NCBI GenBank assembly: GCA_964016885.1
Contig: CAXHJY010000533.1
Span: 1 to 64,000 of the forward strand
Length of the DNA stretch: 64,000 nt
DNA from: Eledone cirrhosa
Lineage: Eukaryota
Direction: 5' to 3'
The position numbers and the translations under genes were made by a program. The notes under the pieces are model-generated. The model ran no database searches and was not told the origin of the DNA. It saw only the letters and a program-made list of their open reading frames with translations. Position 1 is the first letter of the stretch, and each line of letters begins with the position of its first letter. Shown here in pieces: positions 1 to 14,265 of the stretch.

Positions 1-1933
1 ACATCTGTAGAAAGTATATATATATATATATAAATGATATAAATATCGAAAGTATATATATATATATATAACTGATATATATATTTAATATCGTATATAT
101 ATATATATATATATATATGAAAAGATTCAGGACCCCGACGGGCTGAGATCCGGCCGTTTGACAGCTAGATCCGAACTCTGGTGGGTTATGGTCCACCTGG
201 TATCTTTCACACCCTCTCTGGTATATATACCATACATATATATATATATATATTTAAACTGAAATCCTGTAGGGAGTTTTCAGTACCTTGTATCTTTATT
301 TCTTAATGGATTGTCCGTAATCGGTAGAGTGTCGGACGCCATGCTTAGCCGCATAGAGTTACTGCCCTTTTCGTTCTGAGTTCAAATCCCGCCGAGGTTA
401 GTTTTGCCTTTTATCATTACGGGGGGAGGCCGATAAATAAAGTACCAGTAATGCACTGGGTCGATTTGATCGACTTACAAATCTTCAGAAATTGCTGGCC
501 TTGTGCCTTAATTATTATTGGATTGGGAAAATTTCCGTATAGCACCGGATGAAATGTTTTGCGTTAGTTAGTTATGGCCCTTTTCGTTCACTCACCTTCT
601 ACCCGGATCAACTTTGCTCATCATATTTTCGGTCTCGGGTACTGGGCTGTCGATAAAATAAAGTACAGTAAATGTTTGTTGGTTTTTTTTATTTTATTTT
701 ATCATACCCCTCTTAAAGTACCAGCGCTAATATACTGAGGGTGGATTCGTTTTAATCAATCTTACCTTCACCACAAATTACCGGCGCCTCTCTCTCTTCT
801 CCTAAAGTCGAATCATTAATTAAATAAATCACCAGTACGGTAAATGTTTGGGGATGTTTTGTTTTTATTTTTTATGTTATTTTATCATACCCGTCTCTCT
901 TTTTACCAGTAAGATACTGGGGGAAGGGGGGATTCGCTTTAATCAACTCTACCTTCACCAAAAATTACCGGTACTCTTTCTCTTATTCCTACATACGAAA
1001 TCATTAATTAAATAAATCTCCGACGCAAATAATTATTGTTTTGATATATGTAGTAGAAGAGAGAAGTGTGTAAATGTAGAAACCAGGCGATTGGTGAATT
1101 AGCGAAAACTATTATAGCGCCAAACTAAAATCGTTTTTTTTTTTTTTTTTTTTTTTTGCCTTCCATCATTACGTGGTCGATAAAATAAAGTACCAGTAAT
1201 CCACTGGTATCGATTTAATCAACTTTCCCTTGCCCCCTCGCCCCACCTCCCGAATTGTTGACTTTATGTCTAAATTAGAAACCATTAGGTTAGCTTTGCC
1301 TTTCGTCCTTATAGGGGTTGATAAAATAAAGTCCCAGTAACGTACTGGGGTCGATTTAATCAACTTTCCCCTGCCTCCTCTCTCCCAAATTCTTGACCTT
1401 GTGTTCAAACTAGAAACCATTAGGTTAGCTTTGCTTTTCATCCTTACAGGAGTTGCTAAAGTACCAGTAATGTACTGGGGTTGATTTAATCAGTAGTATT
1501 AGAGTGGGTAATAGGAAAATGTATGACCCCGACGGCAGAGCTCAAGCCGTTTCAACGGCTATTTCTGGACACTGGGTCCAGGATTAGCCGTCGAAATGGC
1601 TTGAGCTCTGTTGTATAGAGTATGTAAAAGGGTTAATGTAATGTATATATATAGAGAGAGAGAATAATGCTAAAGGGTTAAATTCCATTAGAGTTAATGG
1701 GCTTTGAATAAAGCAATAGGTTTATTAAATGGGGTTTAACCTGCGATGGACTGGTGTCCTGTCCCAGGGGGTAGTTTTGTATTCTCAGTTGCTTCTCGCC
1801 ACAAAACTGGGATACATCACACTCCTTAACCACACAGCCATGTCTGTACCTATGTTGTGAGGTGAACTCTTTAAACTCCTTAACTACACAGTTAAGGAGT
1901 TTAAAGTCTACACCTATGTTGTGAACACTTTAA

Positions 1934-2356
1934 CCCTTTAGCATTTAAACCGGCCATATCCGGCCAGAATTCCCTCACCTCCATCTGTTAAAACCGGCTG
2001 TGACCAGCCACTCAAACTGATGTTAAGGTATTGTTCTCAATATAAATAATATCAAAATCTCATAGATTCGATATTATGTGAGATCATTATGTGAAGTAAA
2101 GGGCGGTGGATTGGCAGTATCAGTAGAGGGTCGGACACCATGCTTTGCAGCACAGTTACGTCCCTTTACGATCTGAGTTCAAATCCTGCCGAGGTTAACT
2201 TTGCCTTTCATCCTTACGGGGTCGATAAAATAAAGTACCAGTAATACACTGGGATAATTGCTGACCCTTGTGCCAAAAGTAGAAACGATTATGTGAGGTA
2301 AAGCCTTTACTGTGAAAATACAATAGTATATATCGAGTAGCGTAAATGCTAAAGGG
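1934..2356. mobile_element. TTAA-flanked piggyBac-like MITE with a nested SINE (2101-2290)
   Basis: TTAA|CCCTTTAGCATTTA...TAAATGCTAAAGGG|TTAA. Confidence 0.85.
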
Positions 2357-5300
2357 TTAACCACACAGCCATGTCTACACCTATGGTGTGAAGTGAACAC
2401 CTTAACCACACAGCCATGTCTACACCTATGGTGTGAAGTGAACACCTTAACAACACAGCCATGTCTCCACCTATGGTGTGAAGTGAACACCTTAACCACA
2501 CAGCCATGTCTACACCTATGGTGTGAAGTGAACACCTTAACAACACAGCCATGTCTACACCTATGGTGTGAAGTGAACACCTTAACAACACAGCCGTGTC
2601 TACACCTATGGTGTGAAGTGAACACCTTAACAACACAGCCATGTCTACACCTATGGTGTGAAGTGAACACCTTAACAACACAGCCATGTCTACACCTATG
2701 GTGTGAAGTGAACACCTTAACCACACAGCCATGTCTCCACCTATGGTGTGAAGTGAACACCTTAACAACACAGCTATGTCTACACCTATGGTGTGAAGTG
2801 AACACCTTAACAACACAGCCATGTCTACACCTATGGTGTGAAGTGAACACCTTAACCACACAGCCATGTCTACACCTATGGTGTGAAGTGAACACCTTAA
2901 CCACACAGCCATGTCTCCACCTATGGTGTGAAGTGAACACCTTAACCACACAGCCGTGTCTACACCTATGGTGTGAAGTGAACACCTTAACCACACAGCC
3001 GTGTCTACACCTATGGTGTGAAGTGAACACCTTAACCACACAGCCGTGTCTCCACCTATGGTGTGAAGTGAACACCTTAACCACACAGCCGTGTCTACAC
3101 CTATGGTGTGAAGTGAACACCTTAACCACACAGCCGTGTCTACACCTATGTTGTGAAGTGAACACCTTAACCACACAGCCGTGTCTACACCTATGGTGTG
3201 AAGTGAGCACCTTAACCACACAGCCATGTCTACACCTATGGTGTGAAGTGAACACCTTAACAACACAGCCATGTCTACACCTATGGTGTGAAGTGAACAC
3301 CTTAACCACACAGCCGTGTCTACACCTATGGTGTGAAGTGAGCACCTTAACCACACAGCCATGTCTACACCTATGGTGTGAAGTGAACACCTTAACCACA
3401 CAGCCGTGTCTACACCTATGGTGTGAAGTGAACACCTTAACCACACAGCCATGTCTACACTTAACCACACAGCCGTGTCTCCACCTATGGTGTGAAGTGA
3501 ACACCTTAACCACACAGCCGTGTCTACACCTATGTTGTGAAGTGAACACCTTAACAACACAGCCATGTCTACACCTATGGTGTGAAGTGAACACCTTAAC
3601 CACACAGCCGTGTCTACACCTATGGTGTGAAGTGAACACCTTAACAACACAGCCATGTCTACACCTATGGTGTGAAGTGAACACCTTAACAACACAGCCG
3701 TGTCTACACCTATGGTGTGAAGTGAACACCTTAACAACACAGCCATGTCTACACCTATGGTGTGAAGTGAACACCTTAACAACACAGCCATGTCTACACC
3801 TATGGTGTGAAGTGAACACCTTAACCACACAGCCATGTCTCCACCTATGGTGTGAAGTGAACACCTTAACAACACAGCTATGTCTACACCTATGGTGTGA
3901 AGTGAACACCTTAACAACACAGCCATGTCTACACCTATGGTGTGAAGTGAACACCTTAACCACACAGCCATGTCTACACCTATGGTGTGAAGTGAACACC
4001 TTAACCACACAGCCATGTCTCCACCTATGGTGTGAAGTGAACACCTTAACCACACAGCCGTGTCTACACCTATGGTGTGAAGTGAACACCTTAACCACAC
4101 AGCCGTGTCTACACCTATGGTGTGAAGTGAACACCTTAACCACACAGCCGTGTCTACACCTATGGTGTGAAGTGAACACCTTAACCACACAGCCGTGTCT
4201 ACACCTATGGTGTGAAGTGAACACCTTAACCACACAGCCGTGTCTACACCTATGTTGTGAAGTGAACACCTTAACCACACAGCCGTGTCTACACCTATGG
4301 TGTGAAGTGAGCACCTTAACCACACAGCCATGTCTACACCTATGGTGTGAAGTGAACACCTTAACAACACAGCCATGTCTACACCTATGGTGTGAAGTGA
4401 ACACCTTAACCACACAGCCATGTCTACACTTAACCACACAGCCGTGTCTCCACCTATGGTGTGAAGTGAACACCTTAACCACACAGCCGTGTCTACACCT
4501 ATGTTGTGAAGTGAACACCTTAACCACACAGCCATGTCTACACCTATGGTGTGAAGTGAACACCTTAACCACACAGCCATGTCTACACCTATGGTGTGAC
4601 ATGAACACCTTAATACAGCCATGTCTACACCTATGGTGTGACATGAACACCTTAACACAGCCATGTCTACACCTATGCTGTGACATGAACACCTTAACAC
4701 AGCCATGTCTACACCTATGGTGTGACATGAACACCTTAACCACACAGCCATGTCTCCACCTATGGTGTGAAGTGAACACCTTAACCACACAGCCGTGTCT
4801 ACACCTATGGTGTGAAGTGAACACCTTAACCACACAGCCGTGTCTACACCTATGGTGTGAAGTGAACACCTTAACCACACAGCCGTGTCTCCACCTATGG
4901 TGTGAAGTGAACACCTTAACCACACAGCCGTGTCTACACCTATGGTGTGAAGTGAACACCTTAACCACACAGCCGTGTCTACACCTATGTTGTGAAGTGA
5001 ACACCTTAACCACACAGCCGTGTCTACACCTATGGTGTGAAGTGAGCACCTTAACCACACAGCCATGTCTACACCTATGGTGTGAAGTGAACACCTTAAC
5101 AACACAGCCATGTCTACACCTATGGTGTGAAGTGAACACCTTAACCACACAGCCATGTCTACACTTAACCACACAGCCGTGTCTCCACCTATGGTGTGAA
5201 GTGAACACCTTAACCACACAGCCGTGTCTACACCTATGTTGTGAAGTGAACACCTTAACAACACAGCCATGTCTACACCTATGGTGTGAAGTGAACACCT

Positions 5301-6800
5301 TAACCACACAGCCGTGTCTACACCTATGGTGTGAAGTGAACACCTTAACAACACAGCCATGTCTACACCTATGGTGTGAAGTGAACACCTTAACAACACA
5401 GCCGTGTCTACACCTATGGTGTGAAGTGAACACCTTAACAACACAGCCATGTCTACACCTATGGTGTGAAGTGAACACCTTAACAACACAGCCATGTCTA
5501 CACCTATGGTGTGAAGTGAACACCTTAACCACACAGCCATGTCTCCACCTATGGTGTGAAGTGAACACCTTAACAACACAGCTATGTCTACACCTATGGT
5601 GTGAAGTGAACACCTTAACAACACAGCCATGTCTACACCTATGGTGTGAAGTGAACACCTTAACCACACAGCCATGTCTACACCTATGGTGTGAAGTGAA
5701 CACCTTAACCACACAGCCATGTCTCCACCTATGGTGTGAAGTGAACACCTTAACCACACAGCCGTGTCTACACCTATGGTGTGAAGTGAACACCTTAACC
5801 ACACAGCCGTGTCTACACCTATGGTGTGAAGTGAACACCTTAACCACACAGCCGTGTCTCCACCTATGGTGTGAAGTGAACACCTTAACCACACAGCCGT
5901 GTCTACACCTATGGTGTGAAGTGAACACCTTAACCACACAGCCGTGTCTACACCTATGTTGTGAAGTGAACACCTTAACCACACAGCCGTGTCTACACCT
6001 ATGGTGTGAAGTGAGCACCTTAACCACACAGCCATGTCTACACCTATGGTGTGAAGTGAACACCTTAACAACACAGCCATGTCTACACCTATGGTGTGAA
6101 GTGAACACCTTAACCACACAGCCATGTCTACACTTAACCACACAGCCGTGTCTCCACCTATGGTGTGAAGTGAACACCTTAACCACACAGCCGTGTCTAC
6201 ACCTATGTTGTGAAGTGAACACCTTAACCACACAGCCATGTCTACACCTATGGTGTGAAGTGAACACCTTAACCACACAGCCATGTCTACACCTATGGTG
6301 TGAAGTGAACACCTTAACCACACAGCCATGTCTACACCTATGGTGTGACATGAACACCTTAATACAGCCATGTCTACACCTATGCTGTGACATGAACACC
6401 TTAACACAGCCATGTCTACACCTATGGTGTGACATGAACACCTTAACCACACAGCCATGTCTACACCTATGGTGTGAAGTGAACACCTTAACCACACAGC
6501 CATGTCTACACTTAACCACACAGCCATGTCTACACCTATGGTGTGAAGTGAACACCTTAACAACACAGCCGTGTCTACACCTATGGTGTGAAGTGAACAC
6601 CTTAACAACACAGCCATGTCTACACCTATGGTGTGAAGTGAACACCTTAACCACACAGCCATGTCTACACCTATGGTGTGAAGTGAACACCTTAACAACA
6701 CAGCCATGTCTACACCTATGGTGTGAAGTGAACACCTTAACCACACAGCCATGTCTACACCTATGGTGTGAAGTGAACACCTTAACCACACAGCCATACC
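2357..6800. repeat. 45-bp minisatellite, about 100 units, with higher-order structure
   Basis: Unit CCTTAACCACACAGCCATGTCTACACCTATGGTGTGAAGTGAACA with 24-bp and 42-bp deletion variants; source of the three 1480-1540 aa ORFs. Confidence 0.97.
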
Positions 6801-7234
6801 TGTACCTATTAAAACATGTAAAAAGAACAAAAACCTGAAAAGCTATTGGTGCTAATGTAAATTGTCTCTCATTAATTAGTGTATCCCTTTTGACACCTCG
6901 TTAGTGTAATCACCACTACAGTGTATAGCTGTAATTAACTGTGGTTAATAGGAGATGATGCACTTGAAAGCCGCACGTCTTATTATGGTCATTAGACTAT
7001 AACGAGGTTAGTTGGTATTGTTAGAAATAATTAACCATTACGTGAACGTGACCCTGTTCCTAATGAAAATACAATGTTTCATCATTTGGGGGGGGGGGGG
7101 GGGCAGTCATTAGATGGTCGGAGAGAATGATTTCTCGTAATTGTTCTGATTGTCTGAGTTCAAACCCTGCCAAGGTCAACTTTGTTGGTATAAAAAATAC
7201 CAGTTAAATACTGAGGTGGTGTTGGGGATGGTGG

Positions 7235-8911
7235 ATGTCATTAACCCTTTCATTACCATATTTCTAATGAAAGACACTGTCTATGTCATTAATCCTTTCA
7301 TTACCATATTTCTAATGAAAGACACTGTCTATGTCATTAACCCTTTCATTACCATATTTCTAATGAAAGACACTCTCTATGTCATTAACCCTTTCATTAC
7401 CATATTTCTAATGAAAGACACTGTCTATGTCATTAACCCTTTCATTACCATATTTCTAATGAAAGACACTGTCTATGTCATTAACCCTTTCATTACCATA
7501 TTTCTAATGAAAGACACTCTCTATGTCATTAACCCTTTCATTACCATATTTCTAATGAAAGACACTGTCTATGTCATTAACCCTTTCATTACCATATTTC
7601 TAATGAAAGACACTGTCTATGTCATTAACCCTTTCATTACCATATTTCTAATGAAAGACACTGTCTATGTCATTAACCCTTTCATTACCATATTTCTAAT
7701 GAAAGACACTGTTTATGTCATTAATCCTTTCATTACCATATTTCTAATGAAAGACACTCTCTATGTCATTAACCCTTTCATTACCTTATTTCTAATGAAA
7801 GACACTGTTTATGTCATTAATCCTTTCATTACCTTATTTCTAATGAAAGACACTGTTTATGTCATTAACCCTTTCATTACCATATTTCTAATGAAAGACA
7901 CTCTCTATGTCATTAACCCTTTCATTACCTTATTTCTAATGAAAGACACTGTTTATGTCATTAATCCTTTCATTACCTTATTTCTAATGAAAGACACTGT
8001 TTATGTCATTAATCCTTTCATTACCTTATTTCTAATGAAAGACACTGTTTATGTCATTAACCCTTTCATTACCTTATTTCTAATGAAAGACACTGTCTAT
8101 GTCATTAATCCTTTCATTACCATATTTCTAATGAAAGACACTGTCTATGTCATTAACCCTTTCATTACCTTATTTCTAATGAAAGACACTGTTTATGTCA
8201 TTAATCCTTTCATTACCTTATTTCTAATGAAAGACACTGTTTATGTCATTAATCCTTTCATTACCTTATTTCTAATGAAAGACACTGTTTATGTCATTAA
8301 CCCTTTCATTACCTTATTTCTAATGAAAGACACTGTCTATGTCATTAATCCTTTCATTACCATATTTCTAATGAAAGACACTGTCTATGTCATTAACCCT
8401 TTCATTACCTTATTTCTAATGAAAGACACTGTCTATGTCATTAACCCTTTCATTACCTTATTTCTAATGAAAGACACTGTTTATGTCATTAACCCTTTCA
8501 TTACCTTATTTCTAATGAAAGACACTGTTTATGTCATTAATCCTTTCATTACCTTATTTCTAATGAAAGACACTGTTTATGTCATTAATCCTTTCATTAC
8601 CTTATTTCTAATGAAAGACACTGTCTATGTCATTAACCCTTTCATTACCATATTTCTAATGAAAGACACTGTCTATGTCATTAACCCTTTCACTACCATA
8701 TTTCTAATGAAAGACACTGTCTATGTCATTAACCCTTTCATTACCATATTTCTAATGAAAGACACTGTCTATGTCATTAACCCTTTCACTACCTATGTGA
8801 TTAACCCTTTCATTACCATATTTCTAATGAAAGACACTGCCTATGTCATTAACCCTTTCATTACCATATTTCTAATGAAAGACACTGTCTATGTCATTAA
8901 CCCTTTCATTA
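7235..8911. repeat. 48-bp minisatellite, about 35 units
   Basis: Unit TATGTCATTAACCCTTTCATTACCATATTTCTAATGAAAGACACTGTC. Confidence 0.97.
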
Positions 8912-9777
8912 ACAAAGGTTCTTACATAAAATTATGATAAGAATGTTTTTAGATAAATCTAAACACTTAAACACTTTTGTATCTCTCTCTCTCTCTCTCT
9001 CTCCCTTGTGGGATATATTGATAATGGCCTTCAGAGTGCTTTTAATTCTCTCTCTCTTTCAACTCTGACGCCCCCTTCCTCTCTCAAGCTACCACCAACA
9101 CCACCACCACCAACACCACCACCACAAACAGGATTACACCAGAACAACCCCTTCACCCCCTCTTCACTGAAGTTATCTTGGAATACCATCATCCTGTTAT
9201 GAGGGAAGGTGGTAATGTGTGGGATGTGAGAGGGTGGTAGGAAGTGATGTGTGGGGAGATGTAGGAGAATGTGAGGGATGGTAGTTAACAGTGGTAGTAG
9301 TAGTAGTAGTGGTAGTAGTAGTGGTAGTGGTAGTAGTTATGGTGAAAGTCAGCTGTATTACAGCCACATCGGTAGAGGGCCGGACGCCATGCTTTCCAGC
9401 ATAGTTACGTCCCTTTACGATCTAAGTTCAAATCCCGCCGAGGTTGACTTTGCCTTTCATCCTTATGGGGTCGATAAAATAAAGTACCAGTAATGCACTG
9501 GGTAATTACCCTGGCCTAAAGTAGAGACAATTATATTTCACCATAATGTAGTTTATATATAATATCGTCTTTTTAAAATGTATCCTGGATTACTTTACTG
9601 ATTACAGAAGACAGTGTAACACAGTCTCTCTTCAATTTCTGTGTATATTGTCAATTGCGATTTTATTTGATGTATCAAATCTACATACATGTATACTTGC
9701 GTATAATATCAATATACACACTACACATGCTAGTTTTGTTAATGGAATAATTATTTTTGTTGAATTTTTCTTTGCAG

Positions 9778-9863
9778 AATGTTTAGATCTTGGCAACAAC
9801 AAGAAAGCAGTACAGGAAGCTGATAAACTGCTAAAAAAACAGAGAGATAACCAATGTGCAAAG
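9778..9863 (+). CDS. NAA25: NAA25 coding exon (1st in window)
   Basis: tttgcag|...[28 protein letters not shown]|gtgag. Confidence 0.93.
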
Positions 9864-12168
9864 GTGAGAAAGGACCTACTCTTGGGTCCCAAATAATGTG
9901 TGTGTGTGTGTGTGAGGGTGGGGAGGGTAATTTTTCTGGGTTGTCTCTGTTGATTTTTTTTAAAAACCAGAATTAGTCGTTTAGTTTACATATTGAGACC
10001 TTTAACCCATCCTATTTATTTTATTACATTTGGGATTTCTAGTAATGTACTTTTTTTTTTGTTATGTATGTTTTTTAAATGTATAAAGAAAATTAATTGT
10101 TGCAGGAATGCAACCACTTAACCCTTTAGCATTTACATTACTCTATATATACTATTATATTTTTACAGTAAAGGCTTTACCTCACATAATATCTCACATA
10201 ACATTTACATTACTCTATATATACTATTGTATTTTCACAGTAAAGGCTTTACCTCACATAATATCTCACATAACATTTACATTACTCTATATATACTATT
10301 ATATTTTTACAGTAAAGGCTTTACCTCACATAATATTGAATCTATGAGATTTTGGTATTATTTATTTTGAAATCAATACCTTAACGTCAATATGAGCAGC
10401 TAGGTAAAGGCTTTACCTCACATAATACCTCACATAATATTTACATTACTCTATATATACTATTGTATTTTTACAGTAAAGGCTTTACCTCACATAATAT
10501 CTCACATAACATTTACATTCCTCTATATATACTATTATATTTTTACAGTAAAGGCTTTACCTCACATAATATCTCACATAACATTTACATTCCTCTATAT
10601 ATACTATTATATTTTTACAGTAAAGGCTTTACCTCACATAATATCTCACATAATATTGAATCTATGAGATTTTGGTATTATTTATTTTGAAATCAATACC
10701 TTAACGTCAATATGAGCAGCTAGGTAAAGGCTTTACCTCACATAATACCTCACATAACATTTACATTACTCTATATATACTATTGTATTTTCACAGTAAA
10801 GGCTTTATCTCACATAATATCAAATCTATGAGATTTTTATTTATTTTGAGAACAGCATCTAACATCAGTATGAGTGGCTGGTTACAACCGGTTTGAACTG
10901 CAATATACTTCTTTTACAGGTGGGGAGGAACAGAGATAATAATAATATTTGCTTTGATCTCTAGTTATTGTTGTTGTTGTTCTTGTTAGGTATTGAAAGC
11001 ATTGGCACTGCTCCATCTTGGTCGGGACGATGAAAGCTCGTGTATATTACAAGAGGTCCATTCCCTACAGCCGACAGATGAAGCCACCCTCCAGGGGATG
11101 TTGATTTGCTACAGAGAGACTCACCAGTGTAAGTTTTGTTTTAGGCTATGGGCTGTGCCAATTCTACGCCCACCCCATCACCCTCCCCTCCCATCCCTCT
11201 CTCTCGCTCCCCATCTCTCTCCCGCTCCACCTCTCTCCCTCTCTCTTCATCCCTCCCTCCCTCCCCATCTCTCTAACTCTCTCTCTCTGTAACCCATCTC
11301 CCCCCATCTCTCTATATATATATGCTATTATATATATATATATAGGGCGGTGGATTGGCAGTATCGGTAGAGAGTCGGACGCCATGCTTTCCAGCATAGT
11401 TACGTCCCTTTACGGTCTGAGTTCAAATCCCGCCGAGGTTGACTTTGCCTTTCATCCTTACGGGGTCGATAAAATAAAGTACCAGTAATGCACTGGGTAA
11501 TTGCTGGCCTTGTGCCTAAAGTAGAAACAATTATATATATATATATATATATATAATGTATCATCATTTCATCATCATTTCATTTTACGTCCGCTTTTTC
11601 CCTGCTTGCAAGGGTGGGACGGGAACTGATTCTGGCTTGATTTCTACAGCTGGATGCCCTTCCTAACACCAACCTCATTTACAGTGAGTGCTGGGTGCTT
11701 TTTTGCCGTGGCACCTCCACGACCACTTTGCAGTGGAATGATAGAGACCCCAGTCCCTATCATCTCATTTCTACAGCTGAGTAAACTGGAGCAATGTGAA
11801 ATAAAGTCTCTTGCTCAAGGAAACAACACATCACCCGGTCTGAGAATTGAACTCACAACCTTTCGATTGCAAGGCCAATGCTCTAACCACTAAGCCATGT
11901 GCCTCCATGTATATACGTGGAAAAGTAAGAAAGTGGAGAATAAACCGTTAAAATAAGGCACTCATCTTATATATAATGTATATATATATGTATATATGTG
12001 TGTATATGTCCGCTTATATGTATATATATATATATGTGTGTATATATATATATGTGTATATATATATATATGTATATATATATATGTGTGTGTGTATATA
12101 TATGTGTGTGTGTATATGTCCGCTTATATATATATATATATGTGTGTGTATATATATATATAAATGTG

Positions 12169-12217
<49 letters not shown>

Positions 12218-14044
12218 GTGTGTGTGTATATATGTGTGTATATGTCCGCTTATATATATATATATATATATGCACATTTCTCTTCACTACAGTTGATCTA
12301 ATAGCCAATATGTATGAGAATGCATACAAGGCCCGACCAGACAGCGAGGAGATCTTATCTGCTCTGTTCATGTCCTACGTCCGACTCGGTTACTACAAAA
12401 AACAGCAACAGACAGCCATGCTCTTGCACAAGTTGAAACCAACCAAGAACCCATATTATTTTTGGGCAGTGATGAGTATTGTTATGCAGGTGAGTTAACG
12501 AGTTTTAACATAAGTATTATCATCATCATCAGCATCATCGTTTTTGCATCCGTTTTTTTTTCTCCACATTTGCATGGGCTGGATGGGTCCTTCTCAGCAC
12601 AGCATCTCTCCACCATCGTGTGCCTTTGTCATCTCTTCTGTGAGTCTCAGTGATTTGAGGTCAGCTCTCACCACCTCTACCCAGGTTTCAGTCTACCTCC
12701 ACTGCAGCTTCCTTCCACTGGGATTTCATGTCTCTTCTTCACCTATCTCTCATCGTCCATGTGCATCACATGTCCATACCAACGCAGTCTTCTTTCCTGC
12801 ACGCCATCTAAGATTCCTTTTAACCCTTTAGCATTCACATAACTCTATATTTACTATTGTATTTTCGCAGAAAAAGCTTTATAGCACATAATTAATTCAC
12901 ATAATATTGAATCTATGAGATTTTGATATTATCAATTTTGAGAACAATACCTTAACATCAGTATGAGTGGCCGGTTACAGCTTGTTTCAACAGAAAGAGG
13001 TGAGAGAGTTCTGGCTGGATCTGGCCGGTTTAAATACTAAAGGCTTAAACCCAGCTTCTCTCTCAACTTGTCCAAGCTCTGCCTGTCTCTCACATTTACA
13101 TTGCACATCCAACGGAGCATGGTTGCTTCATTTCTCTCCAGTCTACACATGTCCTCTGCAGTCACAGCCCATGTCTTACTACCATGTAGCACCACATGTC
13201 CTCTGCAGTCACAGCCCATGTTTCACTACCATGCAGCACCACATGTCCTCTGCAGTCACAGCCCATGTCTTACTACCATGTAGCACCACATGTCCTCTGC
13301 AGTCACAGCCCATGTTTCACTACCATGTAGCACCACATGTCCTCTACAGTCACAGCCCATGTTTCACTACCATGTAGCACCACATGTCTTCTGCAGTCAC
13401 AGCCCATGTCTTACTACAATGCAACACCACATGTCCTCTACAGTCACAGCCCATGTTTCATTACCATGTAGCACCACATGTCCTCTACAGTCACAGCCCA
13501 TGTTTCACTACCATGCAGCAACCTATTTTCAGAGATGAGCTTTTCCTGCTGGTTTTGTCTAAAAAAGTGGGCATAGCTCAGTGCTATGCTATCCATGTCC
13601 ACTATAATGAAAATCACATACAGGGACTTCTTGTACCCTCGTAGAACACCCTTGAATGAACATTCTGGCCAGACTTGTGTCCAAATACAGACGATCCGTC
13701 TAACCCATGCATGGAATAATGGATGCTAAATGGTGATGTTAATGTATGTTTGCGTGTGTGTATATATATATATATATATATAAACGTAAACATGTAAGTA
13801 TGTTTTTGAAACGGTGCGTGAGTTGTTTGAAATTAGAAATTATATGCTTTCACCGTATTTTAGACTAAAGAAATTTCTAGCCTGATAGTGGGGTTTATAA
13901 CCCTCGGAGAAATGGAAAAAGATGAGTGTTGCCATACGACAACACTCATCTTTTTCCATTTCTCCGAGGGTTATAAACCCCATCATCAGGCTAGAAATTT
14001 CTTTAGTCTAAAATACGGTGAAAGCATATAATTTCTAATTTCTA

Positions 14045-14080
<36 letters not shown>

Positions 14081-14233
14081 TGTGTGTATGTATAATAATA
14101 GTAATGATGAAATTATTGTGTACAGGCACATTAGAATAATGTACAAATGTCAGGAAAGTGAACAGTGTATGAGTCGTGGTAGACATGCGTGTGTGTGTGT
14201 ATATATATATATATGTATGTGCGTGTGTGTGTG

Positions 14234-14265
<32 letters not shown>

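Noticed and set aside
2179-6838. Three 1480-1540 aa ORFs as protein-coding genes
   Set aside because: They overlap on both strands and are translations of a 45-bp tandem unit that lacks stops in three frames; there is no unique domain or splice context.
2357-8911. CRISPR-like appearance of the regular arrays
   Set aside because: Units are head-to-tail with no unique spacers, there are no cas genes, and the context is eukaryotic.
7150-8937. 595-aa ORF ([16 protein letters not shown])n
   Set aside because: Translation of the 48-bp satellite; the homologous array at 17884 has in-frame stops.
1-9777. NAA25 first coding exon (expected ERRLRPIY-like peptide)
   Set aside because: No matching segment found by eye; it is probably upstream of the window.
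11967-12296. YI/CV/HT-rich ORFs here and throughout the window
   Set aside because: Products of (TA)n, (TG)n and (CA)n microsatellites.
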